DNA from: Pocillopora damicornis
Lineage: Eukaryota
DNA length: 64,000 nucleotides
Direction: 5' to 3'
NCBI RefSeq assembly: GCF_003704095.1
Contig: NW_020846109.1
Span: 310,001-374,000, forward strand
The translations under genes and the position numbers were made by a program. The notes under the pieces are model-generated. The model saw only the letters and a list, made by a program, of their open reading frames with translations, was not told the origin of the DNA and made no database searches. Of the stretch, positions 26,201 to 41,200 are shown one piece after another. The number at the start of each line of letters is the position of its first letter. The first letter of the stretch is position 1.

Positions 26201-29200
26201 ATTAGTGGAAAAGCATACATATAAATATTGGGAGATAAGATATTAACAATGTATGGGAGGAAAATTGAAAAGGACGGACTTCCCCTTCGGCGTTGATGTG
26301 CAAGTGCTACCAGTGCGACCGAGAAAGGATGCGCAATGCAACACAATGGAATTACCTTAACAGTTAATAAACGCTTTTTCTGACTGTAAAACGACCTCGA
26401 AATTCTTCTTACTTCTTACTGCATTCCGCCATGCCTCTCTTTAAGATAAGATTTGTTAACGAGAGAGTTGGCAAGTAATGACTCCTGAACTGCTGAGTAA
26501 ATCAGACGAACCTTGACAGACGGCTGTTCCTGGCTTTACAGACTCTCTCTGGGTCTCCGGATCCCACTAAATGTATTCCTTGTCCTCGATCTCCTTCTGC
26601 CAAGGCAGCAGGGCCTATACTGACCACAAGTCCTTTCTGAGCCCATTCAGCCGCCTTCTTTAAACACTCTGACAAAGTGTCGGTGAGAAGAACACCTTGT
26701 CCGTACTCGGTCAGCTCTTGGTCAAGCTTGACCGCGCGCTCCAACTCCGAACCGTGTCCAACAACAAAGAAAAAGCCCATACTGATCATACTGAGTGAGA
26801 AAATACAAATGTTGTTAGACTAGCGATCTAGTTAGTAACACTCTTCCAAAGTCAGTCAGTTGCATCAGTACATTTCCATTCAAATCCTAGATTTCTTTCG
26901 ACACTTAAATCAAAGTTGTTTTTACACTGTACCTGAGAACCTTCCGAACAATTTCATGAGCCGGTTGATCATCTCGTTTATGTACATACACACACATGCT
27001 GTCTTCATCTTTGTGTGCGATCTCACTGTCGTCATATTCATCCACTTCTTCCTGATCTTCCTCCCTTTCCGGACTCAGTGAAGGCAGCAAAAAGTCACCC
27101 AGCTTAGCAAGAAACAGTTTAGCTACTCTAACCACTGAGCTCCCTTCAAGGCTCTTTTCATGTTTCCCTCCAAAATATAGCTTGGCTGAGGAGGGTAACT
27201 CTACTTCCTCGCAGCTCTTGGCGCTCATCAATGGTAAGGCCAAGCAGCAGAGTTTGAGCACAATAAGTATTAGTTTAGGAGGCGCTTCGCGATCCAGTAG
27301 TAGCGATAGGAGGGTGGAGATGGTGCGTGGCTCACGAAGAATCCCGTCTCCTAGTTTGCTCCTAATTTCCAGAAGAAAACAAACATTGAGTAATCTTAAT
27401 CACTCTGTGATACTCCAGTCAGCTTAATCCTTTAGGTGCCACGATGAGAATGGAGATTCTCCCCTCAACCAGCTCTACAGTTCCTTGTAAATTAGTTCAG
27501 AGAATCTGTTGTCATTTCAAGAGAACACCCTTTTGAAGATATCTTGGTGTATTCACACTACTTGTTCGCTGAGTAATATATTAATATCGGAAGATGTAAC
27601 GTGTGAATCGCTCCTGAGAGTTGAAAAGGTTTTAAGATGTGAGTTTGTCATTTCGGTACTTTCACACGAAATTGCGCATGCCCAATCTTTTATAGTATTG
27701 CATTTGATTAGCTAAGGAGGCAGAACATAACCTGCGATAAAATTATTTTCCTTCAGACGCTCCCTCCGGAAAAGGAGTGCGTGATCGTAGGGAAAGTAGC
27801 GCGAGTTTTGAGACCACCCGTCAAACGTAGTAAACAAAAACCATCACAATACCGGATTACACTGACAATACTCGACTGAAATTTGCTGTAACCTCAGATA
27901 TTGAGTAATTAACCGAGTAATCAACTGACCTGCTAATTCCGTGTAACAATTCCATGACGTACTGCAGAGCGTCCCTAGAAGAGACACCGTCCTTACAGCC
28001 CTCCTCCAATACACAACTGAGGTAGTTCGACAACAGACTGGACACTTGATGGGCTAAGCCAGACCACTCAATAGCACCAAGGCAGAAATCTAAACAGAAA
28101 AATAGAAACCATTGTGCAGTTTCACACAAAATTTGCAGTTGATTGACAAGACATGGGTGGTTTAACCTTTTCTCCATCCCTTACAACTGGGTTTTATTTT
28201 CCTTGTGAAAGTTCATACCAACTGATGTTACCAAAAATTTCTTATCTGATCTTATACAACGTACTTTCAGCAAAGTTGGCATTGCCTCGCGATAAGTGTT
28301 GAAGCCAGGAGGTCACCCTCATTTTTCTTCAAGTGAAGCAGAGGGGAGTGGGAGAGGGAGGTTACGCATGATGAATGACGAGTCCAAAAGATGGATGTCA
28401 AGGAAACTAAAACCATCAGAGGCCAATTTGCAACATAAGCGAAGATTAACTTCTTACCTTTACCATTCTCCCACTGAACTATCCGATCCAAAAGCACCTG
28501 AAAGCCAGCCCAAGCCATAGCTGATAAATTCAATGCTGTGTCAGTCTTTTTGCTTCTCATAGAACACAGTTTATCCAACAGATACACCAAACCACTCCTC
28601 ATTACACAGCGCTCTTCATGCCATGAGAACGGACAGACAGAGAGCACTAATACGCTGTCACGATACACTTCTGGCGCAGAGGATGCCCTCTGGACCACGG
28701 CTTGGACTGCAGCAGAGAACATGTCGCGAACCTCTCGCACCATGCCTCCGCATTTAAGCTCCTCAGGTCTGAAACAAAAATTGACACACGGATGCTTGAG
28801 GATGCGCACTTCTAAGGCATGGTTTATCTAGAGAAATTTTAACAACTTTGAGTGCAGCAAGGGGGTTTGCAGTGTTAGAATGGGCAGATCTTGTTTTCTT
28901 TTAACACATGCGAAGCTACGCAGAAAAGATGACCCCATGAAATGATAATAAAGTACGGTACAAACTGATGGCAAGGACCGTACAAAATTACTGCTGTGTA
29001 TCACATAAAAGACGGCTGAACAACCTTTCTTTCCGGTACCATGACATAATCGCACAAAATAACTTTGCAAAATCTATCTTTCTGCCCATTACGACTTTTA
29101 AATTTGGCGATTCAATATCTTCGTTCTTGATTTGTACATTCTGCGCAAAATAAAGTCTACATCTGGTTTGCACAAAGTTAGGTTGTTACACCTACAAAAC

Positions 29201-32200
29201 TCATGGCATGGTTTTCGATTGAAGGCCACTTAGCCATGTCACGAACCATGTTTCAAGACTCACTAAGCACCCACTGAGTTAGTGAATACTTTCTACAGCG
29301 CGCTTTACCAGGGAAATATATCAATGCTCACCTTGGACCTTGAGCAAGAATGGAAGCCACAGCAGTCATCACATAAGGCAAATGCAAACCAAGTCGGGAG
29401 CAAACTGTAACCAGCTCTATCATACACTGGAGAGCGTGCACTCGGTCCAACCCTCGCTCATTCCGGACTCGAGCTGCAGCGAGGAAACTGGAACAAGTCA
29501 CCTGACGAAGAGTAAGGAAATAAGTTTCGCAAATACCACAAAAAATCGAAATCAGCAGAGCTTATTGATAGACTTGGCTTACTCTGTCGGCAGGGATCAA
29601 TAAACTATTACCTTTTTTCGGGGTATGGAAACTCTCAACGTCCATCATTACCCGATCATAAACGCTCGCGCAGGAATCAACGTATTGTTCACGCAATTTC
29701 CAGTTTACAATCGAAAGTAATTCGGACTGCATTGAGCTCACTTTACTGTACACTGTGATCAGTTTGACTCGAAGAGCTTCCCCCCACATCAAGAAGTTTG
29801 CTTGTTTTACTTTTAAGTTCTCTTTGCCCCCTTGAAACATTGTTCTTCGCTCTGATAGACCGATGCGATTGATATGGTTTTGGTTTTCGATACTCAAAAG
29901 AAATACCCTTTGCCTTTTACAACAGTTTATCAACGAATGCAGTAAACTCGGCCTTCACAAGAAATTCCCCTACTTACAGCTTTGTCTGGATTGCTGCCAA
30001 TAAAAGTGAAAATCTCAGCCACAGTCGAAACAAAAGTTCTTGCATCAGAATCCGTCTGATTTTCAGATGAAACCCGACTGTGCTTCTTTTGAACGTTCGT
30101 TCTCCAGCGCTGCAATCTACGTACGTCATGTATGCCTTCCTGAAGTGACGTAGATTGATCCAGGGTGGATGGTGCTGAAAATGAGCGACTGAGAAGCGGC
30201 GAAGAAGGAGCAAGGTTCTCGTCCTTGGAGGTAACTAATAACAAAACATAAATACCGATGAGAGTTAAGAACAGAGACGATTAAAACGGTTGACAAACGT
30301 ACCTTGTTTCGATTGTTGACCGTGATCCGGTGCAAAGCTACAGTGCGATATAGTTCTCTCTGGAACAGGTTTCTTCCGGCTCGCTTCAATAGTCACATTA
30401 CAAAGAAGCTCTGCACACTCCATAATAGAAAACAGAAACTTCTTGGTGACTGGCATCACATTCAGACCGTTTTTAGCCTGTTGGGGTTCTGCTCTTGCTT
30501 CTGTATCCAGCCGCTCTCTGAGAAGAGAGAAATACAAAACAACAGTGAAGAGTTAAGCACCCAGGGTTCCTGCCAACACGGTGACCCGACAGGGGAACAT
30601 CATTAGGTCGCATTTCCCCAAACAAGAATAAGCCTATACACCCTTGCACAGGCATTCGTATTATCCAAATTGTTCTCTTTACATTTCCTCTAGTTCAGAC
30701 AAGGAGAATTTGTTTGAAAATCAGTAGCTTCCTAAAGTGGTGATCATTTCAGTTATTTTCATGACAGTTGTATTTAATCATACTGTAAGGATAAGTTAAA
30801 AACCAGTTACTCTTAAGGGTGAAAGGGTCAAAAGACTACGTTGATGACGTTGGGGGTTAGAATTAGTATTCGATCGACGTTATGAATTGTTCCAGGTCTA
30901 AATGAAAGTCTTATCAAGGCACAACGCTATAAAACTTCACTTAGATCCTGGGTTGCTTTGGCACACTTCGTAGGCCTGACAGCCAACTAAGACAACTGTC
31001 AGGTGCGAGAAGCATGCCCTGGTGCTTATCCGTTTCTTGTAGGACAGAAGAGGAGGTCCCTTCACTTCTCAGTGTAGGGACCTGTTAGAAATCCTATCGA
31101 TCCTCTTTAATTTTCTCTTTATCTTTGAAATCCAAAACAGGAATATCAAAATTTCTATCTTGATCATATTCTTCTACTCACATCAGTTTGCCCACCGATT
31201 TTTCTTGCTCTATGGGATCAAACTCAACATTTTTCAGTGAACACAGTAACTCAAGCTCCTTACTCTTGGCCTGTGAAACAAAATGAGAAATACGACTCAC
31301 TTAAAAACAGTACATCAACTACTTTATCGATTGAAAGTAGGCCATCACGCTTCTCTGAGAATTTTAAATAACTTTGACTAAAAGAGGCGCCTTCGCTTTG
31401 ACAAATCAAAAGTGAGATACACCGAGCATGATACCTCTTGCAGGTGGAATTCATCGAAGAAGGCAGCACTCGGCTGCAGGATTCCACTACGTACATCTTC
31501 CATCTCGTGAGCCCACTTCTGCTCCATCTCCGCCATAGCCTGCAGCTGTCTGATCAGACCGTTCAACCGATTGTACACCTCCCGCATCACGTCACATAGG
31601 TAACTGTACTCCTCACCATCTGTCTCCGTCGCCTGAAGAAGCTCCAGACCATGAACAGTCTTACTGAGTCCTAAATGGTTAATCGCACACCGAACCACTA
31701 CTTCCTCGATGGCTTCTGGTAGTATGGCTTGCTGTAGGCTGGGGCGGAGAGTGGGGGCTAGAATACCTTAATAGAGGATAAGAAAAACAATGATTTGCTT
31801 TAAGTGACACTTGATCTTCGCTCTGCAACGTTCCGAGTTCTCTTTTTAACTCATTTCCGGCCCTTTTCTTTCGGCTTTGGAGAATATCGGATGCGTGCTT
31901 AAGGCAAGACATAAAACCTCCTGGACTTAAAGCCTACATCACATATTTGAAAAGTTGCTTGAATAAATCAATTTCCCGACGAAATTGAGTAACAAACAAA
32001 TATCGCAATAAGACAAGGAAAAATGTCTTGAAATAAAGCGAAATTGTTTTGTTCCAAAATCTGTTATTCCTTATAACTTTTACCTGAGGCAACTCTCAGA
32101 CGTTTCAAAAGGTCTGGAGACAATTTGACACTCGGCTTCGATGAAACACTTTCAAGACTAGAAGGAGAACTCTTCTCTGATTCAACTGTAATGGCTGTAC

Positions 32201-35200
32201 CACACGTTCCTGATGCTGTCGATGCGTCAGCTGAGGTTGGCCACACACACCTGCAGGAAAGACAGGAAAAAGCATTCAAGTATATCAAGAGGTCCTATTA
32301 CATCTAAGCCGTATGGGGCTAACAAGGTTAATGTTAAGCTTCCCTTTGAGCTCCTGATATAACTCTAGGGTACCTCCTAATTCTCAAAGTCCGGGTATAC
32401 CTTCAAGTTTACAAGGGGTATCACGGTTACCCAGGGCTACAAGGTTGGTGTCAAATCTCCTAACTCCTGTTTAACCGTGGCTATCAAGCTCCAGGTGTAA
32501 CTCCACGTTTTTGGGGAACAGGGGGCCGGGTGCCGCAGTTAGTGGGGTGTAACAAAGTTGGTGTCAAATCAAACACGATTTCGCAGATTGGGCCGCTCCA
32601 AGCAACACAAAACAAAGAAGTATGCCGTATTTGCATGTCAAGTAATACATCGAATCACTTTCAAACAGACCTACATCAGTTATCAGTTTTCTCGAAACGA
32701 TTCTCAAATCATTCTCACAACTAGGTTACACGACATCAACACGGAGTATAGTATATCTGGAGGAGTCCTCTCACCTTTGTAACAATTTAGAATCGAGTAA
32801 ATGTTGGCAAGCATCTTCGGCCTCCGTATTTGCTGGGCCCTGGTACCTAACCTTCAGCAGACTGTGGGTGAGTAATGAGAGGCTTAGGTACAGGTCGTCA
32901 AAGAACAACAGCGTGGAAGGTTCTTCCTTATACTCCTGAAAAGAAAAGGGCATTGATGTGGAAGAGATATTCCATTGTTCTGGGGAAACTCGCACCACCC
33001 TCCAAACCGATAGGATGAAAAACTAAAATCAACTGCATCTTCGCAACTGTAACTTCAAGTTTCAAGTTGAAAGGACCTTCGCATTTCTATGTAACTGAAT
33101 GTGAGAAAAACTGACCTACCTTTGTGCTTACAATGCAACTGAATCCCCACACAGCAACATCTGGGGTGTTACGCTCCCGTGAACTCTTCACTTGGAATGC
33201 GATAGTGACTGCATCACCCTCCACCTTGAGAGGTTCCTTTGGCCATCCCATCTGCACAACACCTCTGCTGCCTGCGCCATGCGAGTTGCCACCAAACTCT
33301 GCAACTTTGCGACCATTTGTGTTATTGCCAGCGTATACAAGTACCTAGTAGAAGGATGGTTAAAAACATTTTTTCATCTTTTTACTAAAAAAGACGCTCT
33401 CAACATTCTTGAATTGAAAGTTAAAGTATTGCGTCATTAAGCGCGCAAGTGTCCAGGAATAAAACCCAATCAAACTCTGTACAACTCTAAGCTTAGATAA
33501 ACATCATCGTCGACTGTTTCTCGACCAAACACGATCAGAGAGCAAACATTTGTGAAGAACAACATACCGATATATTCCACTCTAAAAAAAAATCTCTAAA
33601 ATTAGCTTATGTGAGGAGAAGGGGTCATAGCAAGGATTTCAACTGGATTTTGCACGAGAACAGACCTCTGTGACTCGGCCTACCTTATCGTAATCATATT
33701 GAGTGGCACATCTTAGATCAAAGTTAAGATACAGACATGATACGCCTGGTAACACTACGGTTTCACAGCACTGGTAGGCATCTCTAACTGGATGTGGACT
33801 CTCTACTTTACGGGGTCTTAACCATGGTGATAAGAAAGTACTGGATTCCGGGGAGGGGGCCCAACATTCATCTTTAGCATCATCCTGTGAGGATGATTTC
33901 AACTCTGATATGAAGTGAGCAACCTGCGAAAAATAACGTGGCTTGTGAAATTTGCTTTCAAATGTAACTGAATTCCCTGACAAACCATGAGAGAAATCGT
34001 TTAAAAGAAATAAGCCGTCATACTAGCGACCCAACGACCCATGCACCTTACGGGAAACATAACACAATTAAACTGTCCATAGCTTTTGAATTGAAAACAG
34101 AGGAAAAAAAAACTATTATAAAAATAATCATAGAACGAAATAAAAAATTGGATTGAACAAATCAAGGGCGTGTATGTTCAGTATAGACCCAGAAAAATAA
34201 GTCATAAAAGATCTTAAATTTTTCTTTTTTGCTGATTAACAGATCACCATTCTTGTCACTAAATGGATAAAATTGATAAAACCACTGCCAAATCAAACGG
34301 ATAACATCCATTCGTTTTCTCACCCTTGCTGCAGTCACCGTTACGTTGGTCACACTTTGGAGAAAGCTCTTAGCCATGGACAGAGTGAGACATCTATCAG
34401 AGGACAAAACTGATGCCAGCATAGGAAGGGTCTGTCCCACAAGGGTGGCCTTCATTACATGCTCAAGTCCCTCAACTCTGGATTTTACTCCTCCTTTGCA
34501 CTCCTCTGACAACTTGGAAAGAACTTCTAAAACAACATCAAGAATCTAAAGAAAACAAAGACCATATTAAAAGATATGAATAAAATCATTTAAATCTAAC
34601 TGCAGAGAACTTTACACTAACAACTTAAAAATGATGGGACATAAAGGGAGAAAAATTCAGTTTGGAATAGGGGGAAGTTTAAGCCATCATTTCAAATAGA
34701 ACATCTATCTATGGGGAAACTGAACTCCTCTACATCAATGTCTTACAACTCTGCTGGCCCAAAATACTGTTGCAGCCTATCTTGGTTTAATTTGAATGAA
34801 GTAAGAAAGGGGTATTGCTACAAGTACTCTCCCTGGATGAGATGCTGGTCCATAAAAGATTCCCTCCCCCTCATTTCATCAGTTGTTTCCCTGACAATAC
34901 TTTTGATACTGCTGGGTGGAGAGAGGCTTGGAAATGATCGAGAGTCTGGCAGGGGTTGAGCCTGGACCCAGTTCATCATATCTCTCTCAGTGCCCACTAA
35001 CTTCCTCCAAGTCTCACTTATAATTTGCATCTCAATTAAAAAGTATTGGTGGTCATTCTGACCTGTTGACAAGCTTCTAGGACTATTAATGAGAGCTTCT
35101 GACAATCAACTGGTTTTACTGCGTCATCAAAACCCTAATGAATAAATGAAACACACAATCAATTATGGCAGTAAACTATCATAACTCTTTGACCATCCAT

Positions 35201-38200
35201 GCAATAATACTATATTCCTTGTAAAATTTCATCTGGCTATCAAAGATATCCTCATCATGAATGTATGTCTCCACTAACAATTATATGTTAGCTGATAGAA
35301 ACAGAAACATGAAACAGACATGTTTAACCTTGACATCTGATTCCTGCTCCTCAGGGAGTACAAAATCTCTCCAGCTTCTTGTAAAGACAGTTGTTACATA
35401 GTGCAGAACAGGAGAAAGGTCCTGTGTATAAAACAAAACAGGTCAGTTGAAACAGTTTCATAGCCATAATGCAAGTTTATCTTTATTCTCTGCCTTTGCC
35501 CAGCTTACATGAGCACCTAATTATAGTTTTACTAGCTGGAGCATATAATGCAACCTATTGATTCAATTTTAATTTTTTTTTTTTTTACAGAATTCACTTT
35601 ACCACATAACTCATTCAATTAAACTTGTTACTGCTGTCATGTATTTCTTTAGAAGTTTGGACTTGGTTTTCTTACTGTTGACTCATAGGCAGACTCTCCA
35701 GAAATGTTAAAAACACTCCATTGACAACTTACATCTGTACAATAGTCAGATCATAATTTTGGCATTATCCACTTCTCTGAAAAAGGAATCTTATACTTAA
35801 CAAAATCAGCTTTCTAGCCAAAAGATTTTCATTAAAAGAATGGGAATTATAGAGATATCCTCTGAATATTATATGTAATATAAAATAAAGTGACTAACTG
35901 GGTGTTTGGCAACCAGAGCACAGAATGGTTCATCCTCTAGACTACAACACTGCATGATCAAGTGACATGACTCTTTGACAGATACTTTCAGAGCAGCAAA
36001 GACCACATCTTCTGCTAACCTAAGGAAACAATGCAACTTGTTATACACCCAACAAAATATCTCTGACAGGTTTACAACAAATGCAGAAACAGGTTATGGA
36101 GTGCAATGCAGGAATTTCATATAGCTCTCTCTTAAAATATTACCTGCTATAAAAAAAAATTTCATCTACCTCTGAACATGATTCTTCAACACTTGTCTTC
36201 AAGAAACCCTTTTGTTTTTAAAAGTCAGTCCTATACTACACCTTCATCCATACAACCAGAACAAAATTTCATCTCAGCAAAGCCAAAATTAAGAATGTGG
36301 GGGGAAGGGGGAAGGGCAGAAGGTGAGAAGACCCTTACCACTTCCTCTTCTCTAAATTAGGTATCCTTAGACAGACACACATGGTTGTGTAAAATCGTGA
36401 GGTCATTGTCTATTCCTACAATCTTTGATAATAATTATCAAAAGATAATTATTATTCACTTCTGATGTTTGATCCTTAAAACTATTTGTCATTTATGACT
36501 ATCAAATACTACCACTCTACCTTTCGTTGGATGATGCCCCAGGTTTATGACTCATTAAGTTCTCAGTTAAATTTGAGAGTAAAAAATTCAACAGCATTGC
36601 CATGTCTGAAGAAGACTCTCCTTCAGACAATAGTAGCATTAGTAGAGCACTCCTCTCTGATGGAGTGGAATAAAACACTTCCAGACCAACTGTCAACACC
36701 TTAAAAGCTTCAAGCTTGATTTCAGCTCCAACAGAATCAGCAGGAGACTGAACCAGTTTCCAAACAAGATGTTTGGTTCCTTTAACAGAGTTGTCATCAA
36801 GCTTGTTTGCCCTTTCACTGACTTGTATCATAAGAGTTTGCAGAGCAACTAGCATGGCTATTGTAACATCATGTTGGCCATTGGTAATGGCAGCATTTAA
36901 AACATTGTTGATATGCCTTATGTTGCAAAAGTCTGAAGTATCACCAAAATGAATCTCTTCATTTTTCGTTGAAGCCACCTTTGTCTTAGCATCTTGTCGT
37001 CTGCATAGATATGTTATGTGATGTGCCAGGAGTGAAGAAGCCTCCACCGGGTCAACTGAACCTTGTGTAGTTACAGCTATGAAATAAAAAATAAAAACTA
37101 ATTTATCAAAAACTAAAATCCTAACAGTGAGTGCTAATCTTCCCCTTGCTTTATTGAACTTATTCCTGTTGTCTCTGTCTTTTAAACATGTCTTGTGAGA
37201 AACGAATTTCCAAAAATCCATTAAGGGTAATTTTCTAACCTGAGCTTTGAGAGCCTGAAGTTCCAAGAAGCTGAGATATTTGATTACAGGATGGAAGTCC
37301 ACCAGATACCCATTCACCAATATGACTGCAGCAATAACTCCACAGCCTACTGTTAACTACATCATGACAGACACCTGTAAATTGATTTTCTTAAAAATAA
37401 GTCTACATTAAAACTAGCATGTTTCAAGTTTTTTCTCAGTAAGTCTTTAGTTGGTTTGCTAATAACTTAAATGATTTTGCCAACAACTTATGCAAGCTTC
37501 CTAACAACAATGTTGGTTTGTTAACAACCTTGTTTAGTTCACTGACAACTTAAGCTGGTTTGCCAATAGCTTGGATGACTTCACAGGTTCACAAGATGAT
37601 TTGATCTGAGTATCCATGTCTTCTTAATAGAGCTTTCCACTAAATACAGGTTCATTTACAAACAAAATCAGGACTTTAGCTGATGCTCACTTAATGCTTA
37701 ATTTAAAGTCTGCTCACAAGTTTCACTATAAGTACTGTCCTTACTTAGTCCTGGAGCTATTAAATCTTGCCATTTTGATGAAGCTGAGTTAACAACACTC
37801 TCATGCTTAACACAAGAACCATCCACAGTTGAAAAGCAATAATTTGTTGGACCTGGGAAAGAAAAAAACACCCAGAAAAGTTCGGAGACAAAAAAAAAAA
37901 AAGGCTCCAAAGACAAAAATTATCATTAAAGTTTGTCACTCAACTCTCTCCAAAAAATAAGACACATGTCATTAAACAGAGAGCCTACTGATTATATTTT
38001 CATATTATAATTGGTATTAGCATACACCACACATTAAGTGACTAGTACTTTTCCCACACTCTGATTGGCTAGTTTGGTAAATAGCAAGCTTTATGCTCCT
38101 CTAAGCAGTTGACAAAGTTGTGCATCTAGAGTTTAATTTCTAATCATTTTTTCAGTATATTGACAGAAATAAACTAATGTTTTGGTATCTGTGCTAAGTA

Positions 38201-41200
38201 TATATTAAAACAATTATTCACCACAGTGTTGCTGAAAGTGGTGGATATTTACGACTTCATGGCTTGGTAAACATCCCCCACTATTCACCTCCACTTTGGT
38301 GAACAATTTTTGCTTATTGTTGCAATTATTATTATAATTGTTATTTTTTGAAAATTGCACAAAGGTGACTCACATCGCTCTAGCTGAAAAGAATTGAGAA
38401 GTACCTTGTCAGAACACACAAATATCTCATAAAGAGATCTATTTTCTTAAAAAAAGAGGTCAATGCCTACATGTGAGTTGACAAATTTATGTGCCTTACT
38501 TTTTTGTCCCCTAAGTGTCAGCAGCATAGGACCAGAAGGACTGGTAAGGTGTGGAACCACTATAACCAATGTTTCACCACTGATAAACATGGCTGACTGC
38601 TTCAGAGTGCCCATTGATACACCACAGCTGACAATATCTAAAGTTCATCCATAACAAAACAACAAAGTTAAAGTCAGAGATGTCACACACTTTATTGGAC
38701 CACAACAATGATGACAATTTGACTTATCTTTTGTTTAAGCCTGGTACAGGGTATGCTTATCAAAGTAATATATGGAGAATTATATGCATGATGAAGTGGC
38801 AGTGATTGGTGAGCTCAAAAATGTTTTGGGACCTTGGAAAAGAGAGTGAGATAGCAAGATGAAATACTGAAAAGACTGAAAATATTTTTTGTAGTAAAAT
38901 TTGCAGTTTGTACTATCTGCACCATGTATTATAACTACAAGGTCCAAGATGAGGAGGTGAAAACTCATTACAAGTAAAAGTGGCTTCATTTACATTTAAG
39001 TAGAATAAGCCTTAGTTCAAAACTTATCAATAATGTTGGTGAATTAAAACCCCACCCAAAATAAGGTAATGAATCACCTTCTGCATCTTTTTGTCCAGTA
39101 GGTGTTGTTGGTGAATGTCTGATGGGCAATGGTGGTGACAAACAGGAAGGAGGTTCCTCCTTCTTTGACACAACAACTGGTTCACCACAAGGAGAGGCTT
39201 TTAATTTATCATCACATGCTTCTAGTTTGAATTCTTGTAACCACAAATCCACTTTTCTATTCTCTTGACTGGCTGATTCTGTTGGTGTTGAACACCACAG
39301 CCAAAATAAATGAACCTGATCACTCAGTAATTGAATTGTTCTGCATTGCAGAGTTTGCATTTCATCAGCTCCAGGTTCAACTGCATCCCTAAACTTTATT
39401 GTCTGTAAGACCTAATAAAAAGAAAACCAAACTTAAGAGAGGAGAATGGCTTTTTTCAGATTTCAGGCTATGGTCATTTCTTTGGTAGTTTTTCTTTGTT
39501 CACACTGTCTTGAAATATTTGGTTTTTCACTTATACTTTCCATTTATGTCTTTTTTTTCTTTGAGAGTTCCTCTTCTAATAAATAAAGTGCAGTTATTAT
39601 ACCATTAAACTCCCAGCGGTGATTAACATGCAACATCTCCTTACAATATCCTTATACTATCCAATAAACAGATAATGAGAGTACTCAAGATTATCAGGTG
39701 GAAAATGTTATCTTTATCTACCAACACCAAATTCTTGTAAGGAATTTACAAGGAAATGTCTGGCAGCTAGAGGGGAAAATTAATAATCAGATCTTGAGAG
39801 TTTAAGGGTTAATAATAAGCTGTTTCCCTGAAGATTTGGTCCTGGCTAAATTTACTTTGTTTTCAAATAATATGAACAGCCTGATCAGGATCTCTAAATT
39901 AAGAAATTTATAGTAACTTTAACATTGTTTTAGAGCTCATTTGCTTGTTCTTCCTTATGACGTAATCGTGTAATCTTCAAAAAAGGTCTCTCTGTCAATA
40001 CATCACCCATACCTAATACAATGTAAGGAAGACCTTACTTCAAGCTTTTACCTGGGATGAAATTTGTCAAAACTGATAACAGGATACACTGAAACCTAGG
40101 TTTGTTAGTATTTTATGGATAAAATTACCTTCAAGGACACTACATCCAATACATAACATAAGTTTGCAGGTTGGGTATCAAACTGCTTTGGTCGAAATAA
40201 CAACCTATCCTGTACAATGGTTAGCCACCCATTCTTTAGATCAGCATTTCTGGCATAAACAGCACTCCTGTAGGCACCAAAAAAATAAACATTTCAACCC
40301 TCAAGATCAAATCAGAGACTGAGTTGATATATGTCCCATTTCAGTAAAAACTTCCTACAAGCTGCTCTTGGTGACTTTCAGGTTCCCATGATGGTTTACT
40401 AAGGCTGTCTTTAATTTTAATAATTTATGGATATCAATTGTAGAGTAGAGTAGTCCTGTGCAAAGCTACTTTGGGTAAACCTACTCAGAAATTATAAAAG
40501 ATGCAAAGGCCTGGTGGTTGGCATATCATGCTCTCAGGTTCACAAGCTCTACATTTAAGCCCTGACCAGGTATTCTGTGGAGTTCAAAGAGAAAGACACT
40601 GAACTTTCATAGAACCTCATTCCACCCAGGAGTACATACAGGCCACAAAAAACTATTAGATAAGCGTGACAATAGCTGGGGAAGTAGCAATACTCCCACA
40701 CTCCCAGAAATGTTTGATGGAACACTTAATCCCTACTAAGGTCCTCTCAGTGTTGGTCTGCAAAATGGTATGGACAGATTGGAAACTAACAACACGAGAA
40801 GGGGGAAAGGGACTAAAAAGCATCATAGACATTGTTCTGGAGAAGTATCCAAACTAATTATGGATGGGAGTGAAGCTACATCATGTCACAGAAACCAAAA
40901 TTAGATCTGACCAGTTGCATCACCAGGCTCATAAACTGACTTTACCCTATAGGCAAGAGAATGATTAAGAGCCAAACCTTATAGCACTGCTGAGTACAGT
41001 TGTACACATATATTCACAATAATAATATCTTTATTAAAAGAACTAAAGATGGTGGTGCAGAATAAACTTGTGTATCACACTCGCCTTACAGTTCCCCACT
41101 TTCCAGTGCCAATCTTGACAAGCCCTTTACTTTCTCCACTAACATGGTACAAGAACTTTCCATCACAAGCAAGAGTATTAATCTGGTCACTGTTGTTTAT

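Noticed and set aside
29562-29933. 123-aa minus-strand ORF as a HECTD4 exon
   Set aside because: The flanking exons (ending 29978, starting 29501) join in phase 0 without it, and I found no compatible acceptor.
34818-35062. 95-aa ORF extension as coding sequence
   Set aside because: It is in a different frame from exon 35134-35063, which splices cleanly to 34545.
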